A stretch of 62,223 nucleotides of DNA, filler included, from an uncultured bacterium (GTDB lineage: Bacteria > CAZSTA01): assembly GCA_964609495.1 (NCBI GenBank). It is 4 parts of 4 records of this genome, joined end to end, with 100 filler letters (N's around TTAATTAATTAA, not from the genome) between each part and the next. Parts side by side here need not be neighbours in the genome. Positions count along the whole stretch, not along the records: positions 47,180 to 62,223 come from CAZSTA010000079.1; 3 more parts are not named here. One strand, 5' to 3'. Both the position numbers and the translations under genes were made by a program. Below the pieces are notes generated by a model. That model was not told where the DNA came from, ran no database searches, and was given only the letters and a program-made list of their open reading frames with translations. Each line of letters starts with the position of its first letter. Position 1 is the first letter of the stretch. This document shows, in pieces, positions 48,431-58,403 of this stretch.

Positions 48431-49627
48431 TCAAATATCGGTATCTAAATCCTTGTTGAATCTATACATTAGAATGATCCCGATGAAGATCAAACCAAAG
48501 GTTACTAATAAAGCTCCGTTCATTCCCCACATAGCTCGGAATTGGATGGCTAAGAAGGGAGCGGTCATTCCCCTTATTCCCAAATGAGCCTTATGTAAGG
48601 ATACATAGCGAGGGACCTGCCCCTTTTTAGCCAATCTGATCTGCGAATTTAATGAGCCTAGTTGTCCTCCTGACATCGCAAGACCAGAGATGATAAAAGC
48701 AGGGAGTATAAACCATGCATTAGAGAAGAGATTGCAGATGATAAGATATAAGAGAGGCACACTTCCCCATAGGGAGAAGGTGCGAACTAAGACGAAAGTT
48801 GGGAATTTGCGATCTATATATCTTCCCCAGAAATAAAAACCGATTAGCTTCAATACGGAAGCGGCGGAGTTAAGAATACCCACTTGGAAGTTGGAGGCAT
48901 TGAGGATATCAACTAAAGCTAGAGGATATAAGGTTTTACCCATCAAATTTCCTAAGCCATATATGAAAAAGGATATCGTATAGCGCGTGTAGCGGGGATC
49001 CTCAGTGAATATCTTGAGGCTGTCCAGAACATTTTGTTTTCCTATCTTCTCATCAGGTTTTTCCTCTAAGCGATTGAAATAGAGACTGCCGATGATCCCA
49101 AAGATTGCCGCTATGGGAAATATGTAGCGATAATCAGTTGGCTCTACCATCAACTTTCCTGCGATGAGGGTAGAAACTATCATCGCTAGGGCGCTTTCCG
49201 TTTTGGATAACCCCATTGCCCTTCCACGCTTATCATCTGGGTAGATTTTCTTCAGTATCGCGGCTTGAGCTGGGCTAGAGATAGCTACTATTATTTGCGA
49301 TAGGACCGAGATAATGACAAAAGTTTCCAAAGAGCGAGAAAAAAATGCAAGCAAAAACAACCCTTTTCCGACTATATTAGGGATAACAACATAAGGTTTC
49401 TTCCGTTTATTATCCATAAGATCGGCCCAGAAGAGGGTGGAGAAATGCCCGATGAAAGGAGTAGCAGCCATTATCGAGATTGTAAGGGTGCTAGCTCCCA
49501 TTCTCCTAGCCAGTACCAGCAGAAAAGGAGTGGTAAAGCCGAAGAACAAACCTCCAAAGAAGCTAAATCGGGATTCGTAGTAATAGGTTTTCCTTATCTG
49601 TGAGGGAGCTATGCGATCAAAGATCAA
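48431..49627 (-). CDS. MFS transporter
   Basis: About 12 TM; YPDDKRGRAMG and WGRYIDR loops. Confidence 0.85.
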   Translation of the reverse strand: MIFDRIAPSQIRKTYYYESRFSFFGGLFFGFTTPFLLVLARRMGASTLTISIMAATPFIGHFSTLFWADLMDNKRKKPYVVIPNIVGKGLFLLAFFSRSLETFVIISVLSQIIVAISSPAQAAILKKIYPDDKRGRAMGLSKTESALAMIVSTLIAGKLMVEPTDYRYIFPIAAIFGIIGSLYFNRLEEKPDEKIGKQNVLDSLKIFTEDPRYTRYTISFFIYGLGNLMGKTLYPLALVDILNASNFQVGILNSAASVLKLIGFYFWGRYIDRKFPTFVLVRTFSLWGSVPLLYLIICNLFSNAWFILPAFIISGLAMSGGQLGSLNSQIRLAKKGQVPRYVSLHKAHLGIRGMTAPFLAIQFRAMWGMNGALLVTFGLIFIGIILMYRFNKDLDTDI

Positions 49628-49992
49628 ATCTATCCCCTCTATCTAGCTTGTTAGGTAGTTTCAAATAAAAGAGAGGTCCTATCTTAGAGATAAATTAGGT
49701 ATATATAATAAAGGTAGGAACTTTTATGCTTATGATAAAATGATATATGTTCATTCCCTTAATTCGTAACTCACTTTTTGAAATTACTTAAATATCAATT
49801 GGATTGTACTTAGATGAAGCCAAAATTTTAGTGGCTGGTATGCATCCCGATAGCCGAGACGTTTAGCTTCAAGACGATTCTAATATTCCGATTAATAACT
49901 CAAAGATCATATAAGGACAATAAGGTTTATTCTATATTATAACTTAGATAAGTGTGTTTTGCAAATGTTTTGACCTTCATTTCCAACACTTG

Positions 49993-50021
49993 TTGACTTC
50001 AAGGTGAAAATTTGTTATAAT
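49993..50021 (+). promoter_or_regulatory. Sigma70 promoter of minCDE
   Basis: TTGACT-N17-TATAAT with TG extension. Confidence 0.75.
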
Positions 50022-50058
50022 CAACTAATCCCGTTGAGGAGGGAGAGGAAGATCAGTT

Positions 50059-50769
50059 ATGAAAGGAACACTAGTCGCTTTCAGAGGCACTAGGGAGGGG
50101 TTGGTGGTATCTATTAATTATGAATCCTCTTTTCGAGAGATTAAAGATAATTTAGAAGAGAGGTTGAAAGCGACCGGAGAATTTTTCAAGGGAGCTGTAG
50201 CTACTATAGATCTAGGAGGCAAGGATCTGAGTGGAGAGGAATTGGAGGAATTGAAGAAGGTATTAACTGAGGATTATGGGATGGTTCTAACTGGGGTGGT
50301 AAGTTCCTCGCAAAAGACAGTGAATATAGCGGAAGATATAGGCTTGTCCATAATCAACACTAATTCTAAGCCGATTCAGGAGGCTCCAACTGAGAAATAT
50401 GAGACCCCTTGGCAAGAAGTTATTTCGCCAGCTGATACTCTGCTTGTAAAACATATCATCCGAGCTGGACAGTGTGTGGATTTCGATGGTAATGTGGTGA
50501 TTCTAGGAGATATTAATCCGGGGGCCGAGATAATAGCCAGTGGAGATATAATCGTGTTAGGAGCTTTAAGGGGGATGGCTCATGCCGGAGCGACAGGAGA
50601 CCAGGAAGCGATAATAGCGGCTTGGCGTCTGCAACCCATCCAACTTCGCATCGCCGATTATATAGCTCGTCCACCTGACAGTGAGATGATGGAACTAAGA
50701 TCGTTTGAGGTAGCTAGAATAAGAGAGGGAATGATAGTCATCGAAGCCTATGAGCCAGGAAAATTCTAA
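50059..50769 (+). CDS. minC: Septum site-determining protein MinC
   Basis: IRAGQ, LGDINPGAEIIASGDIIVLGALRGMAHAG, QLRIA. Confidence 0.95.
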   Translation: MKGTLVAFRGTREGLVVSINYESSFREIKDNLEERLKATGEFFKGAVATIDLGGKDLSGEELEELKKVLTEDYGMVLTGVVSSSQKTVNIAEDIGLSIINTNSKPIQEAPTEKYETPWQEVISPADTLLVKHIIRAGQCVDFDGNVVILGDINPGAEIIASGDIIVLGALRGMAHAGATGDQEAIIAAWRLQPIQLRIADYIARPPDSEMMELRSFEVARIREGMIVIEAYEPGKF

Positions 50770-50803
50770 GGCTTATTTTGGAATAATCAGGAGGCTCTTT
50801 ATA

Positions 50804-51610
50804 ATGAAACAAGAAGCAAAAGGAAAAGTGATAGTTATCACTTCTGGAAAAGGGGGTGTAGGAAAGACTACAGCCACCGCGAATATCGGCACCGGCTTGG
50901 CAAGTTTAGGGGAGATGGTAGTTGTAATCGATGCCGATATTGGATTACGTAATCTGGACTTAGCGATGGGATTGGAGAACAGGGTCGTATATGATCTTGT
51001 CAATGTAGCTGAGGGAGTCTGTCGTTTGAAGCAAGCTTTGGTAAGGGATAAGAAGTTCGATAATTTATACTTACTTCCTGCCGCCCAAACGCGAAGTAAA
51101 GAGGCGATAAAATCTGAACATATGAGATATATATGTGGACAACTTAAAGAAGTATTCGATTATGTCCTTATAGATTCTCCGGCTGGTATAGAACAAGGAT
51201 TTAAAAATGCTATAATAGCGGCGGATATGGCGATAGTGATCACTACTCCTGAAGTGTCAGCGGTAAGAGATGCCGATAGGGTTATTGGCTTATTAGAGGC
51301 AGATGGGAAAAGAAATCCTAGATTAGTAATTAATCGTTTGAACCTTGATATGGTGCGCAGAAGGGATATGATGTCTATTGAGGATGTAGCTAATATCTTG
51401 GCGGTAAACCTGATCGGAGTGATCCCGGAGGATGAGAACATAATCGTCTCGGTAAATAGAGGGATCCCAACTGTTCTCCTTAACCACTCCTTATCTGGTC
51501 AAGCATTTAAAAATATATCAAGAAGGATAAGGGGAGAAGATGTTCCCTTTATGCAACTAGATTCAAAGGGTGGCTTCTTAACCAAAGTTAAAAGATTTTT
51601 GAGTAGATAA
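50804..51610 (+). CDS. minD: Septum site-determining ATPase MinD
   Basis: TSGKGGVGKTT, DADIGLRNLD, DSPAGIEQGF, RDADR, C-terminal amphipathic helix. Confidence 0.97.
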   Translation: MKQEAKGKVIVITSGKGGVGKTTATANIGTGLASLGEMVVVIDADIGLRNLDLAMGLENRVVYDLVNVAEGVCRLKQALVRDKKFDNLYLLPAAQTRSKEAIKSEHMRYICGQLKEVFDYVLIDSPAGIEQGFKNAIIAADMAIVITTPEVSAVRDADRVIGLLEADGKRNPRLVINRLNLDMVRRRDMMSIEDVANILAVNLIGVIPEDENIIVSVNRGIPTVLLNHSLSGQAFKNISRRIRGEDVPFMQLDSKGGFLTKVKRFLSR

Positions 51611-51649
51611 GATAAATCCATTTATATTTTATAACAAGGAGTGATTACC

Positions 51650-51952
51650 TTGTTGAAATTCTTTTCTAGGCTTTTAAAAAGGGAAAAAGCTAGCAAAGAT
51701 ACCGCAGTTGAGCGGTTGAGACTAATTTTAGTAGCTGATAGAGTAGATATATCACCTCATATCATGGATATGATGAAGGAAGATCTTATAGAGGTGATCA
51801 CTAGGTATGTAGATATAGATCAGAGTAAACTTTCAATGAGCTTGGAGAAAGAAAAAGGGATAGTTGCTCTTACCGCCAGCGTCCCTATCAAGCAGGTTAA
51901 GAGAGAAGCTCTACAGTCACTATCTAACAAAATTGAGAGTGGCGAAATATAG
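51650..51952 (+). CDS. minE: Cell division topological specificity factor MinE
   Basis: SKDTAVERLRLILVADR; follows minD. Confidence 0.93.
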   Translation: MLKFFSRLLKREKASKDTAVERLRLILVADRVDISPHIMDMMKEDLIEVITRYVDIDQSKLSMSLEKEKGIVALTASVPIKQVKREALQSLSNKIESGEI

Positions 51953-52079
51953 ATATTCAGTCTCAGTTGTCCTAACGAGTTTAAGCTCCTCTAAGTTATT
52001 TATACTGCTCTTACCCTTACTAGGGAGATCGGTCTATCTCCCTTCAGACTTTCCATCCTTTTGATTCTATACTAATATC

Positions 52080-52562
52080 CTAATTTATGAAGTCCTCAGG
52101 TCTAATATCCTTGAGGGATTCTTTATGCTTTTGGACTTCCTCTTCATCTATAGGCTTGTCGCTCGACGTTGCTCCCATTAATACCTTCTCAGCAACATAA
52201 ATGGGGACTTTAGTGCGAAGAGCTAAAGCGATAGCATCACTTGGTCTAGCATCGATATCTACCATTCCTGCATTGGTCTCCAAGTTAAGGCGAGCATAAA
52301 AGGTGGAATCCTTGAGATCATCGATATATATGCTGACCATCTTCGCCTTTAGGTTTTGAAGGATATCCTTCATCAGATCGTGAGTCATAGGTCGGGGTGG
52401 TTCCAATCCTTCAATAGCCAGAGCTATAGCATTAGCCTCGAAGAAGCCTATCCAGATCGGAAGGACTCTCTCCTCGAATTCATCTACCAAGATGATGACT
52501 GGCACCATCGACTTCTGATCGAAGGCAATCCCTTTAACTTTCATCTCAATCATTGATTTCAC
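52080..52562 (-). CDS. Bifunctional nuclease family protein (DUF151)
   Basis: LPIWIG..EANAI, PRPMTHDL, DARPSDAIALALR. Confidence 0.93.
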   Translation of the reverse strand: MKSMIEMKVKGIAFDQKSMVPVIILVDEFEERVLPIWIGFFEANAIALAIEGLEPPRPMTHDLMKDILQNLKAKMVSIYIDDLKDSTFYARLNLETNAGMVDIDARPSDAIALALRTKVPIYVAEKVLMGATSSDKPIDEEEVQKHKESLKDIRPEDFIN

Positions 52563-52610
52563 CCCTTGAGGTCTTATTGACCTAATTTACCAGCGAGTAT
52601 CGAGTCGATT

Positions 52611-53321
52611 TCAGTGATAGAAGGTTTTAAGGTAATCTATATCCAACTTGGCCTCCTCAGCCCATTCGCTATCAGGATAATCCCTTATTATACGGCTATA
52701 TACGAATACCGCTCTCATATACTCTCTTACCCGTTGGTAGCAACTTCCTGCCCGATATAAAGCTATGGCCGCTAGCTCGCTATCGGGATAATTATCAGCG
52801 GTCTTCTTATATTTCTCCGCTGCTTTGTAAAGCATCTTTCTTTGCTCATATAATTCTCCCAGTTTGAACTGAGCATCATCAGCGAATTCGCTTTGAGGAT
52901 TTTTTCTCAGTATATCTGTAAAGACGATTAGGGAATTAATGAATTGATTAAGCTCCATATAGTGATTCCCTAAGTTATATTGTATCCTTGGAGCGATATC
53001 ATCCGGAGGATTAAGCTCAAGAATCCTTTCATACTCTATGACTGCTAATTCTCTCCTCCCCAAATTCGAGTAACAATCAGCGATTACATATTGAGTTAAA
53101 AGCGGGACTTCTAACTGGGGGAATTTGTTTATCTCCTCTTCATAAAGAGCTATTGCCTCCTCACACTCTCCGTTGAAAGCTAATTCCGTAACTCTCCCAA
53201 AAGCTGGCTTCTCCTCTACCGTCCCCTGATTCTTTCTCTGGTGGATACATCCAACTATTAAAATTATAAAAACTAGATAAAGAGCTATTACTCCTAAGCA
53301 TATAGATCTTCTCTTAAACAT
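52611..53321 (-). CDS. TPR lipoprotein (BamD/CpoB-like)
   Basis: Lipobox IVGC; TPR units ending YPDS. Confidence 0.8.
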   Translation of the reverse strand: MFKRRSICLGVIALYLVFIILIVGCIHQRKNQGTVEEKPAFGRVTELAFNGECEEAIALYEEEINKFPQLEVPLLTQYVIADCYSNLGRRELAVIEYERILELNPPDDIAPRIQYNLGNHYMELNQFINSLIVFTDILRKNPQSEFADDAQFKLGELYEQRKMLYKAAEKYKKTADNYPDSELAAIALYRAGSCYQRVREYMRAVFVYSRIIRDYPDSEWAEEAKLDIDYLKTFYH

Positions 53322-53414
53322 TCTTCGCTCCTAGATATTAAGTATCTGTTATCCTAATATAATATTACCACATAACAATACAAAAGTCAAATATAATTCT
53401 AGGATGCATATAAA

Positions 53415-53640
53415 ATCTGAGATCTAATTTACTTTGTATTACACCCTCCCCCTATCCCCCTCCCATCGAGGGAGGGGGGAACTAAAGAGATCAGCTCTAT
53501 CTCGATGTCCCCATAAAAGGTAACTTTTTTGCAGTCAATAGAACTCATGGTTAAAAAAAGTTACCTTTTCCCCTCGTGGGAGAGGGTAAGCGGGATTTAT
53601 ATCTTCGACTGATAACCTAAAAACTAATAATAGGAGCTTA
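53415..53640. mobile_element. Degenerate hairpin-core element interrupted by a family B repeat
   Basis: Core hairpins as in families A/D; family B palindrome 53515-53569 splits hairpin 2; ends in ATAGGAGCTT like 3231-3240. Confidence 0.7.
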
Positions 53641-53794
53641 TTTCTTTGAGACTACTTAAAGTAGAGAGAGATCTTAGATCCCCCCCTAGCTCCTCTCCTC
53701 CGAGGAGAATGAGTTAGTATTACGTATCCTCTACGATACGATTGAAGCTTGGTAGAGGCTATTTTAGAGATATCATCTGAGAGAACAAGATCAT

Positions 53795-55168
53795 CTACTT
53801 ACTTATATGAAAGCTGGTAGAATCTTTATTCCACTCGCACGATAGAGACTTGAGCTTATTATTTAGTTTATTTATATAACCCTGTCGATCCCTGCTTACT
53901 ATCGAGAAGCCCTGATCGTATCCCTCGTAAGTGGAAAGAGGATTTTCGGTTAAACGCACGTTTTCTGAGGTGGCAACGGCTATTACCTCCTCCTCACCGG
54001 GAACGCCGCTGATCTCAAATTCTACATTCGATTTTGACCCGGGGATCCGATACTTACCCTTGTGGAGAAAGTTATTAGATAAATAGCGATTAGGTAGAAT
54101 CACTGTAACCTCTCCGCTCGAACTAAGGTCAAAGAGGGTAACAAAGCAATCCCTATTAACCTCAACGATGAACCAAAGCTCATCTCCTTGCCTATAAGTA
54201 GCTCTATCTCCCTTATTAGAAACTACGTCGATCTTCAACTTTCCTGTGGGCAGTGGGCCACTATCATCGGGAGGTTTCTCGGTAGTCCAAGTTATAACTG
54301 GATGTCGTCCTCCTAGCAGGTCTTTATTGGTGGGATGTTGAGACGTCATACCTTTTTCATTCACATAGTATTGAGGGACATTAGCATTTATATAATCTCT
54401 AGCCTCTTGTATAGCGATCTCTCCATCCCCATTTTCGTCAGCTTCCCCGTTTAAGGCTTTTAAGAGGTGATAAGTGAAAACTCCATGGGCTAGCTTAGTG
54501 CTGGCCCAGGAATATTCACTAGGTCTGCTAGCTGTCAAGAGAAAACTTCCTTGTCGATCTAAATCAGCCTCTGTTCCCATTTCCTCTTCAGGAGGAAGAT
54601 CTGGATCTCTATCTGCCCTAGCCATAGTCGCGGAGAGAGCGGCTCCTCCAGAGTGACAGGTATCGAAAAGAATTATGAGATTTTGAGATTTGATTCGCTT
54701 AATCAAATTGCTGAACTCATCATCTATTAGCCCTGTCTCTGGTTTTAGAACATCGGTATCGTAGGTAACGAGCATTTCGTCATAGATATCTTTTCCGCTC
54801 GGATCCCTACTCTTCTCATCCCCATCTTTATCCTCACAGTAATATCCATGCCCAGCGTGGAAGATGATCACTAGATCATCGGGCTTAGATTTGTCAGCCA
54901 GCCAGTTAAGACCAGCTACAATATTTTGCTTAGTGGCTTGATCATCGGTTAATAATCTAATGTGATCTTCTCCGAAGCTACCTTTTTGGATGAGGATATC
55001 TCTTATCCCCTGAGCATCTTTAGAGGTGAATTTAAGCTCATTGACATAATCAGATTGATAGTTACCTATGCCAACGAGTAAAGCCCAACGTTCAGCAGAT
55101 AAGGCCTCAGAAGCAAAACTAAGGATTATCAGGGTGATAAGGATAAATATAATTCTACCTCTCTTCAT
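53795..55168 (-). CDS. Secreted caspase-family (peptidase C14) protease with C-terminal DUF4384-like domain
   Basis: Signal peptide, WALLVGI..Y, HAGHG and DTCHSG dyad, HGVFT; YRQGDEL, ILPN, GVPGEE.VIAVA. Confidence 0.88.
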   Translation of the reverse strand: MKRGRIIFILITLIILSFASEALSAERWALLVGIGNYQSDYVNELKFTSKDAQGIRDILIQKGSFGEDHIRLLTDDQATKQNIVAGLNWLADKSKPDDLVIIFHAGHGYYCEDKDGDEKSRDPSGKDIYDEMLVTYDTDVLKPETGLIDDEFSNLIKRIKSQNLIILFDTCHSGGAALSATMARADRDPDLPPEEEMGTEADLDRQGSFLLTASRPSEYSWASTKLAHGVFTYHLLKALNGEADENGDGEIAIQEARDYINANVPQYYVNEKGMTSQHPTNKDLLGGRHPVITWTTEKPPDDSGPLPTGKLKIDVVSNKGDRATYRQGDELWFIVEVNRDCFVTLFDLSSSGEVTVILPNRYLSNNFLHKGKYRIPGSKSNVEFEISGVPGEEEVIAVATSENVRLTENPLSTYEGYDQGFSIVSRDRQGYINKLNNKLKSLSCEWNKDSTSFHISK

Positions 55169-55527
55169 TTTTAATCACTTCCTTTAATTCATATTTTAAG
55201 TAGGTTCAATTAAACTTGTTTTTAGTTTTCCCATTGTGAATTCAGTCCATAATTTGATATCGAATATCTCAGATAAAATACTAGGAAACTTTTCTGAAGC
55301 TATTTAAACCTTCGAGTCTATAGCGTATATACTTATAATAGTATTATATCATATATCATCCTATCTATCAAATAAAATTATGATATCTATAATACAACAG
55401 GGCATCGATAACAAAGTCGAAGGAGTTGATTTATCAAGCGTCGGTGATCTACCAATATGCCTTGAGATAATTAGAAATGCTCATTTATATTAAATAAGCA
55501 AAATTGGAGGAAAAGTTTCTTGATAAG

Positions 55528-55556
55528 TTGACATCATCTGAAATCTGTGCTATTAT
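55528..55556 (+). promoter_or_regulatory. Sigma70 promoter
   Basis: TTGACA-N17-TATTAT with TG extension. Confidence 0.6.
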
Positions 55557-55723
55557 AATTACAAGATACGGGAGAAATCGATAGATCGGGATCTTTTCAA
55601 GTATTTGCTCAAAGTTATGATCAAGGGAGATCCTATTAACGCATCTCTCCTCTACGTTCTTTATCTATTCAGAAGGGCTTTCGTTAACTTGAGAAGTGGC
55701 TATGTAAAAATGGGGGTGAATGT

Positions 55724-57370
55724 ATGTCTGGTCGGGTAGCTCTAAAGGGTAAAGTTATCTCCAAAAAAGAAGGTATCTCTGAGGTTTGGGTTTGGAATAA
55801 AACTGATGATATCGCAGTTAAGACTGATGGTGAGGGCTTATATTTATTCGAGGAATTAATGCCTGGGGTTAAGGAGATAGTGATTTGGAAGAAGGGATAC
55901 ATATCCACCTTTTTTACCGATTTTCTGTTGTCAGGAGAATATGTTAGAGATGTTATATTGGAGGAGAGAAAAGTTCAAGAAGATGAGATCTCATTTCTTA
56001 CTTATACCTGTCCCATCTCCGATAAAACTTATGCTGGGTATCCTAACTTCGGGCAATTTATAGATTTTAAGACCGATGTTCTGCGCGCTTGTCAGATCAT
56101 TCACGATATCGCGCGGAGAAATGGTCAGCCAGTTACCTGGGTTATAAACGATCAGGAATATACAAACCAACAGGGGTTGCTTCCCTACCTCAAGAAGTGG
56201 CAAGGGGAGGGAGATGCGATAGTAGTGACTTTAGAGCTGATCACTAAACCTCCCGAGGTAGATTTGAGGGATACTAAGCGGATTCTGAGGTGGATAGACA
56301 AGAAGTGCAAGGAAGTGGGATTAGCTATAGATGGGCTGTGGAGCATCAAATTCTATGAGAGCGATCTAAGAGCTATCTTGGAATTACCAGCAGAAGAGTT
56401 CCCTTGGACTAGAAACCTGGCTGGCTCCGCCTGGCATCAATATGGTATAGATGATTCTACCTGGGGAGGTTGCCCTTATCAACCTTATTATCCAGCTTTG
56501 AATAACATTAAGGGAGCTTCTAATCCTTCTGAGAACGGTGATATACTTATGCTGGAGTGGTTGAGTCGTGATATAAATGCTATTTTAAGGGGTGGTAATC
56601 CAGCGGTATTTTCCTTAGATCCTGCTGATCCAAACAGAGTCAAGGCCGGAGGTTTTTGGAATGAGGAGGAAGCTTTGGAATATTCTCTTCGACTTATGGA
56701 GGAATTGGTTAAACAAAAAGGGAGTAATGAGACTAATATCATCGATATAAATGAGGAGGCTAGAGGATGGTTTAGCGAAGGTCACGAAAAGACCTATATG
56801 TTAGGCAATATGTTATCCTATGGCCACCGAGAACTCGCTGAGAAAGTTGTCCAAGCGAGCTATAAAGATATATGGAGGATTTTCAGAGAGAGGCATAAAG
56901 AAACCCCAGAGCGTCTCTATGTTATAGGAAATTTAGATTATAGGCAACTAGACGAGGATAGCATTCTCTTCGAGAATGAGGAAGTTCAGATGTGTTTTCT
57001 GGAATCTAAGGGAATGTTGCCGATCAAACTCTGGGATTATACGAAGAGATATCCAGGAGGAGATAACATTCCCTATCCTCAGGAGGATTTGGGAAATATA
57101 GAGCTTATAGAATATAATGTTGACTATGGAGATGATACTATCATCATCTCAGCACTTATAAATAGCGATTTATCCCTGAAAAATTTTGGGATATCCTTCT
57201 GGGATTTAGATTTACCCGATAGATACGAGGTATTGGATAAGACCGATAATATATATCAGCTAAAGCGAGGATTATATGAGCATGCCTTCTTACATACAAA
57301 GTTAGAGCGGGGAGAAAACGTGTATGAAATCAGATTAGCTCTCTCTGAAGAGGGGGAAGAAATCTTATAA
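55724..57370 (+). CDS. Hypothetical protein: carboxypeptidase-regulatory-like N-domain + possible deacetylase/GH-like barrel
   Basis: GISEVWV..TDGEGLYLFEEL.PG..KKGY; PVTW; WGGCPYQPYYP. Confidence 0.55.
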   Translation: MSGRVALKGKVISKKEGISEVWVWNKTDDIAVKTDGEGLYLFEELMPGVKEIVIWKKGYISTFFTDFLLSGEYVRDVILEERKVQEDEISFLTYTCPISDKTYAGYPNFGQFIDFKTDVLRACQIIHDIARRNGQPVTWVINDQEYTNQQGLLPYLKKWQGEGDAIVVTLELITKPPEVDLRDTKRILRWIDKKCKEVGLAIDGLWSIKFYESDLRAILELPAEEFPWTRNLAGSAWHQYGIDDSTWGGCPYQPYYPALNNIKGASNPSENGDILMLEWLSRDINAILRGGNPAVFSLDPADPNRVKAGGFWNEEEALEYSLRLMEELVKQKGSNETNIIDINEEARGWFSEGHEKTYMLGNMLSYGHRELAEKVVQASYKDIWRIFRERHKETPERLYVIGNLDYRQLDEDSILFENEEVQMCFLESKGMLPIKLWDYTKRYPGGDNIPYPQEDLGNIELIEYNVDYGDDTIIISALINSDLSLKNFGISFWDLDLPDRYEVLDKTDNIYQLKRGLYEHAFLHTKLERGENVYEIRLALSEEGEEIL

Positions 57371-57379
57371 ATATCCGTA

Positions 57380-58375
57380 TCAGATTCCTTCAGTGTTATG
57401 AAATAGGCTCAACTCATCGGCACTATTTGATTTTTTGGTGCTCCTACTCTTTATATCTTTTAAGGTGTTTCTCTCCCAGAAGACACCATCCGAATATCCT
57501 TGAATAGTAGAATCTCCCTCGGCGATTTCCAATCTCTTCTGAGCATAGAGGCAATATTCCTCATCTATCTCCACCATAACGAAATTCCTCTTCGATTTTT
57601 TCGCCACAACCCCGGTAGTTCCTACCCCGGCAAATGGGTCAAAAATAGTGTCTCCTTCCTTAGAACTTGCCAGGATAATTTTCGCTATGAGTTTCTCTGG
57701 CTTTTGCGTAGGGTGAGGGGTGTTCTCTGGCATTGACCAGAAAGGAATGGTTATATCCGTCCAGATGTTTGAGGGGTAGGTTAGTCTAAATTTCCCATCC
57801 TCCTCTTCCCTCCAATCCTTGGGGATACCATTTTCCCGATAGGGAGCGATCACCCTTCTCTTTAATTTTACTGCCTCTGAGTCGAAATAATAATCCTCGG
57901 AAGCTGTGCAGAACCATATATCCTCGGAGTTATTCTTCCAATTACTTTTTGCTCCTCGTCCCTTTTCCCTTTCAAAGGTGATTCTATTTCTGACAATAAA
58001 ATATTTTTCACAGACCAGATGAATTGCTGAAGAAGAACGCCAATCTCCACAGATATATATTGAGGCAGTGGGCTTCAGTAATCTTATCATCTTTCGAAGC
58101 CAAGAATCCATCCACTCCGTATATTGATTCACCGACATCTGCTTAAAAGAGCGAGTATTGAAGGTCTTGGTCAAGTTATAGGGCGGATCGATGAAGAGGA
58201 GGTCAACGAATCTTGAGGGTAGGAAATCCACTACTTCAAGAACATCCTGGTTGATGATCTTATTCAGTATTTGCTCAAGTGAGATAGGACTATCTATCTT
58301 CGATAATTTATGGCGATAATTTTCTCTCTCTTTATCCGATAGCGTTATTGTTCGGTTTCGTGGTGCTCTTGTCAT
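57380..58375 (-). CDS. N4C/N6A DNA methyltransferase, beta class
   Basis: DPPY precedes HPTQKP and DPFAGVGT. Confidence 0.92.
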   Translation of the reverse strand: MTRAPRNRTITLSDKERENYRHKLSKIDSPISLEQILNKIINQDVLEVVDFLPSRFVDLLFIDPPYNLTKTFNTRSFKQMSVNQYTEWMDSWLRKMIRLLKPTASIYICGDWRSSSAIHLVCEKYFIVRNRITFEREKGRGAKSNWKNNSEDIWFCTASEDYYFDSEAVKLKRRVIAPYRENGIPKDWREEEDGKFRLTYPSNIWTDITIPFWSMPENTPHPTQKPEKLIAKIILASSKEGDTIFDPFAGVGTTGVVAKKSKRNFVMVEIDEEYCLYAQKRLEIAEGDSTIQGYSDGVFWERNTLKDIKSRSTKKSNSADELSLFHNTEGI

Positions 58376-58403
58376 CTTGTTTCCTCATTCGGGGTGGTGT
58401 TCA

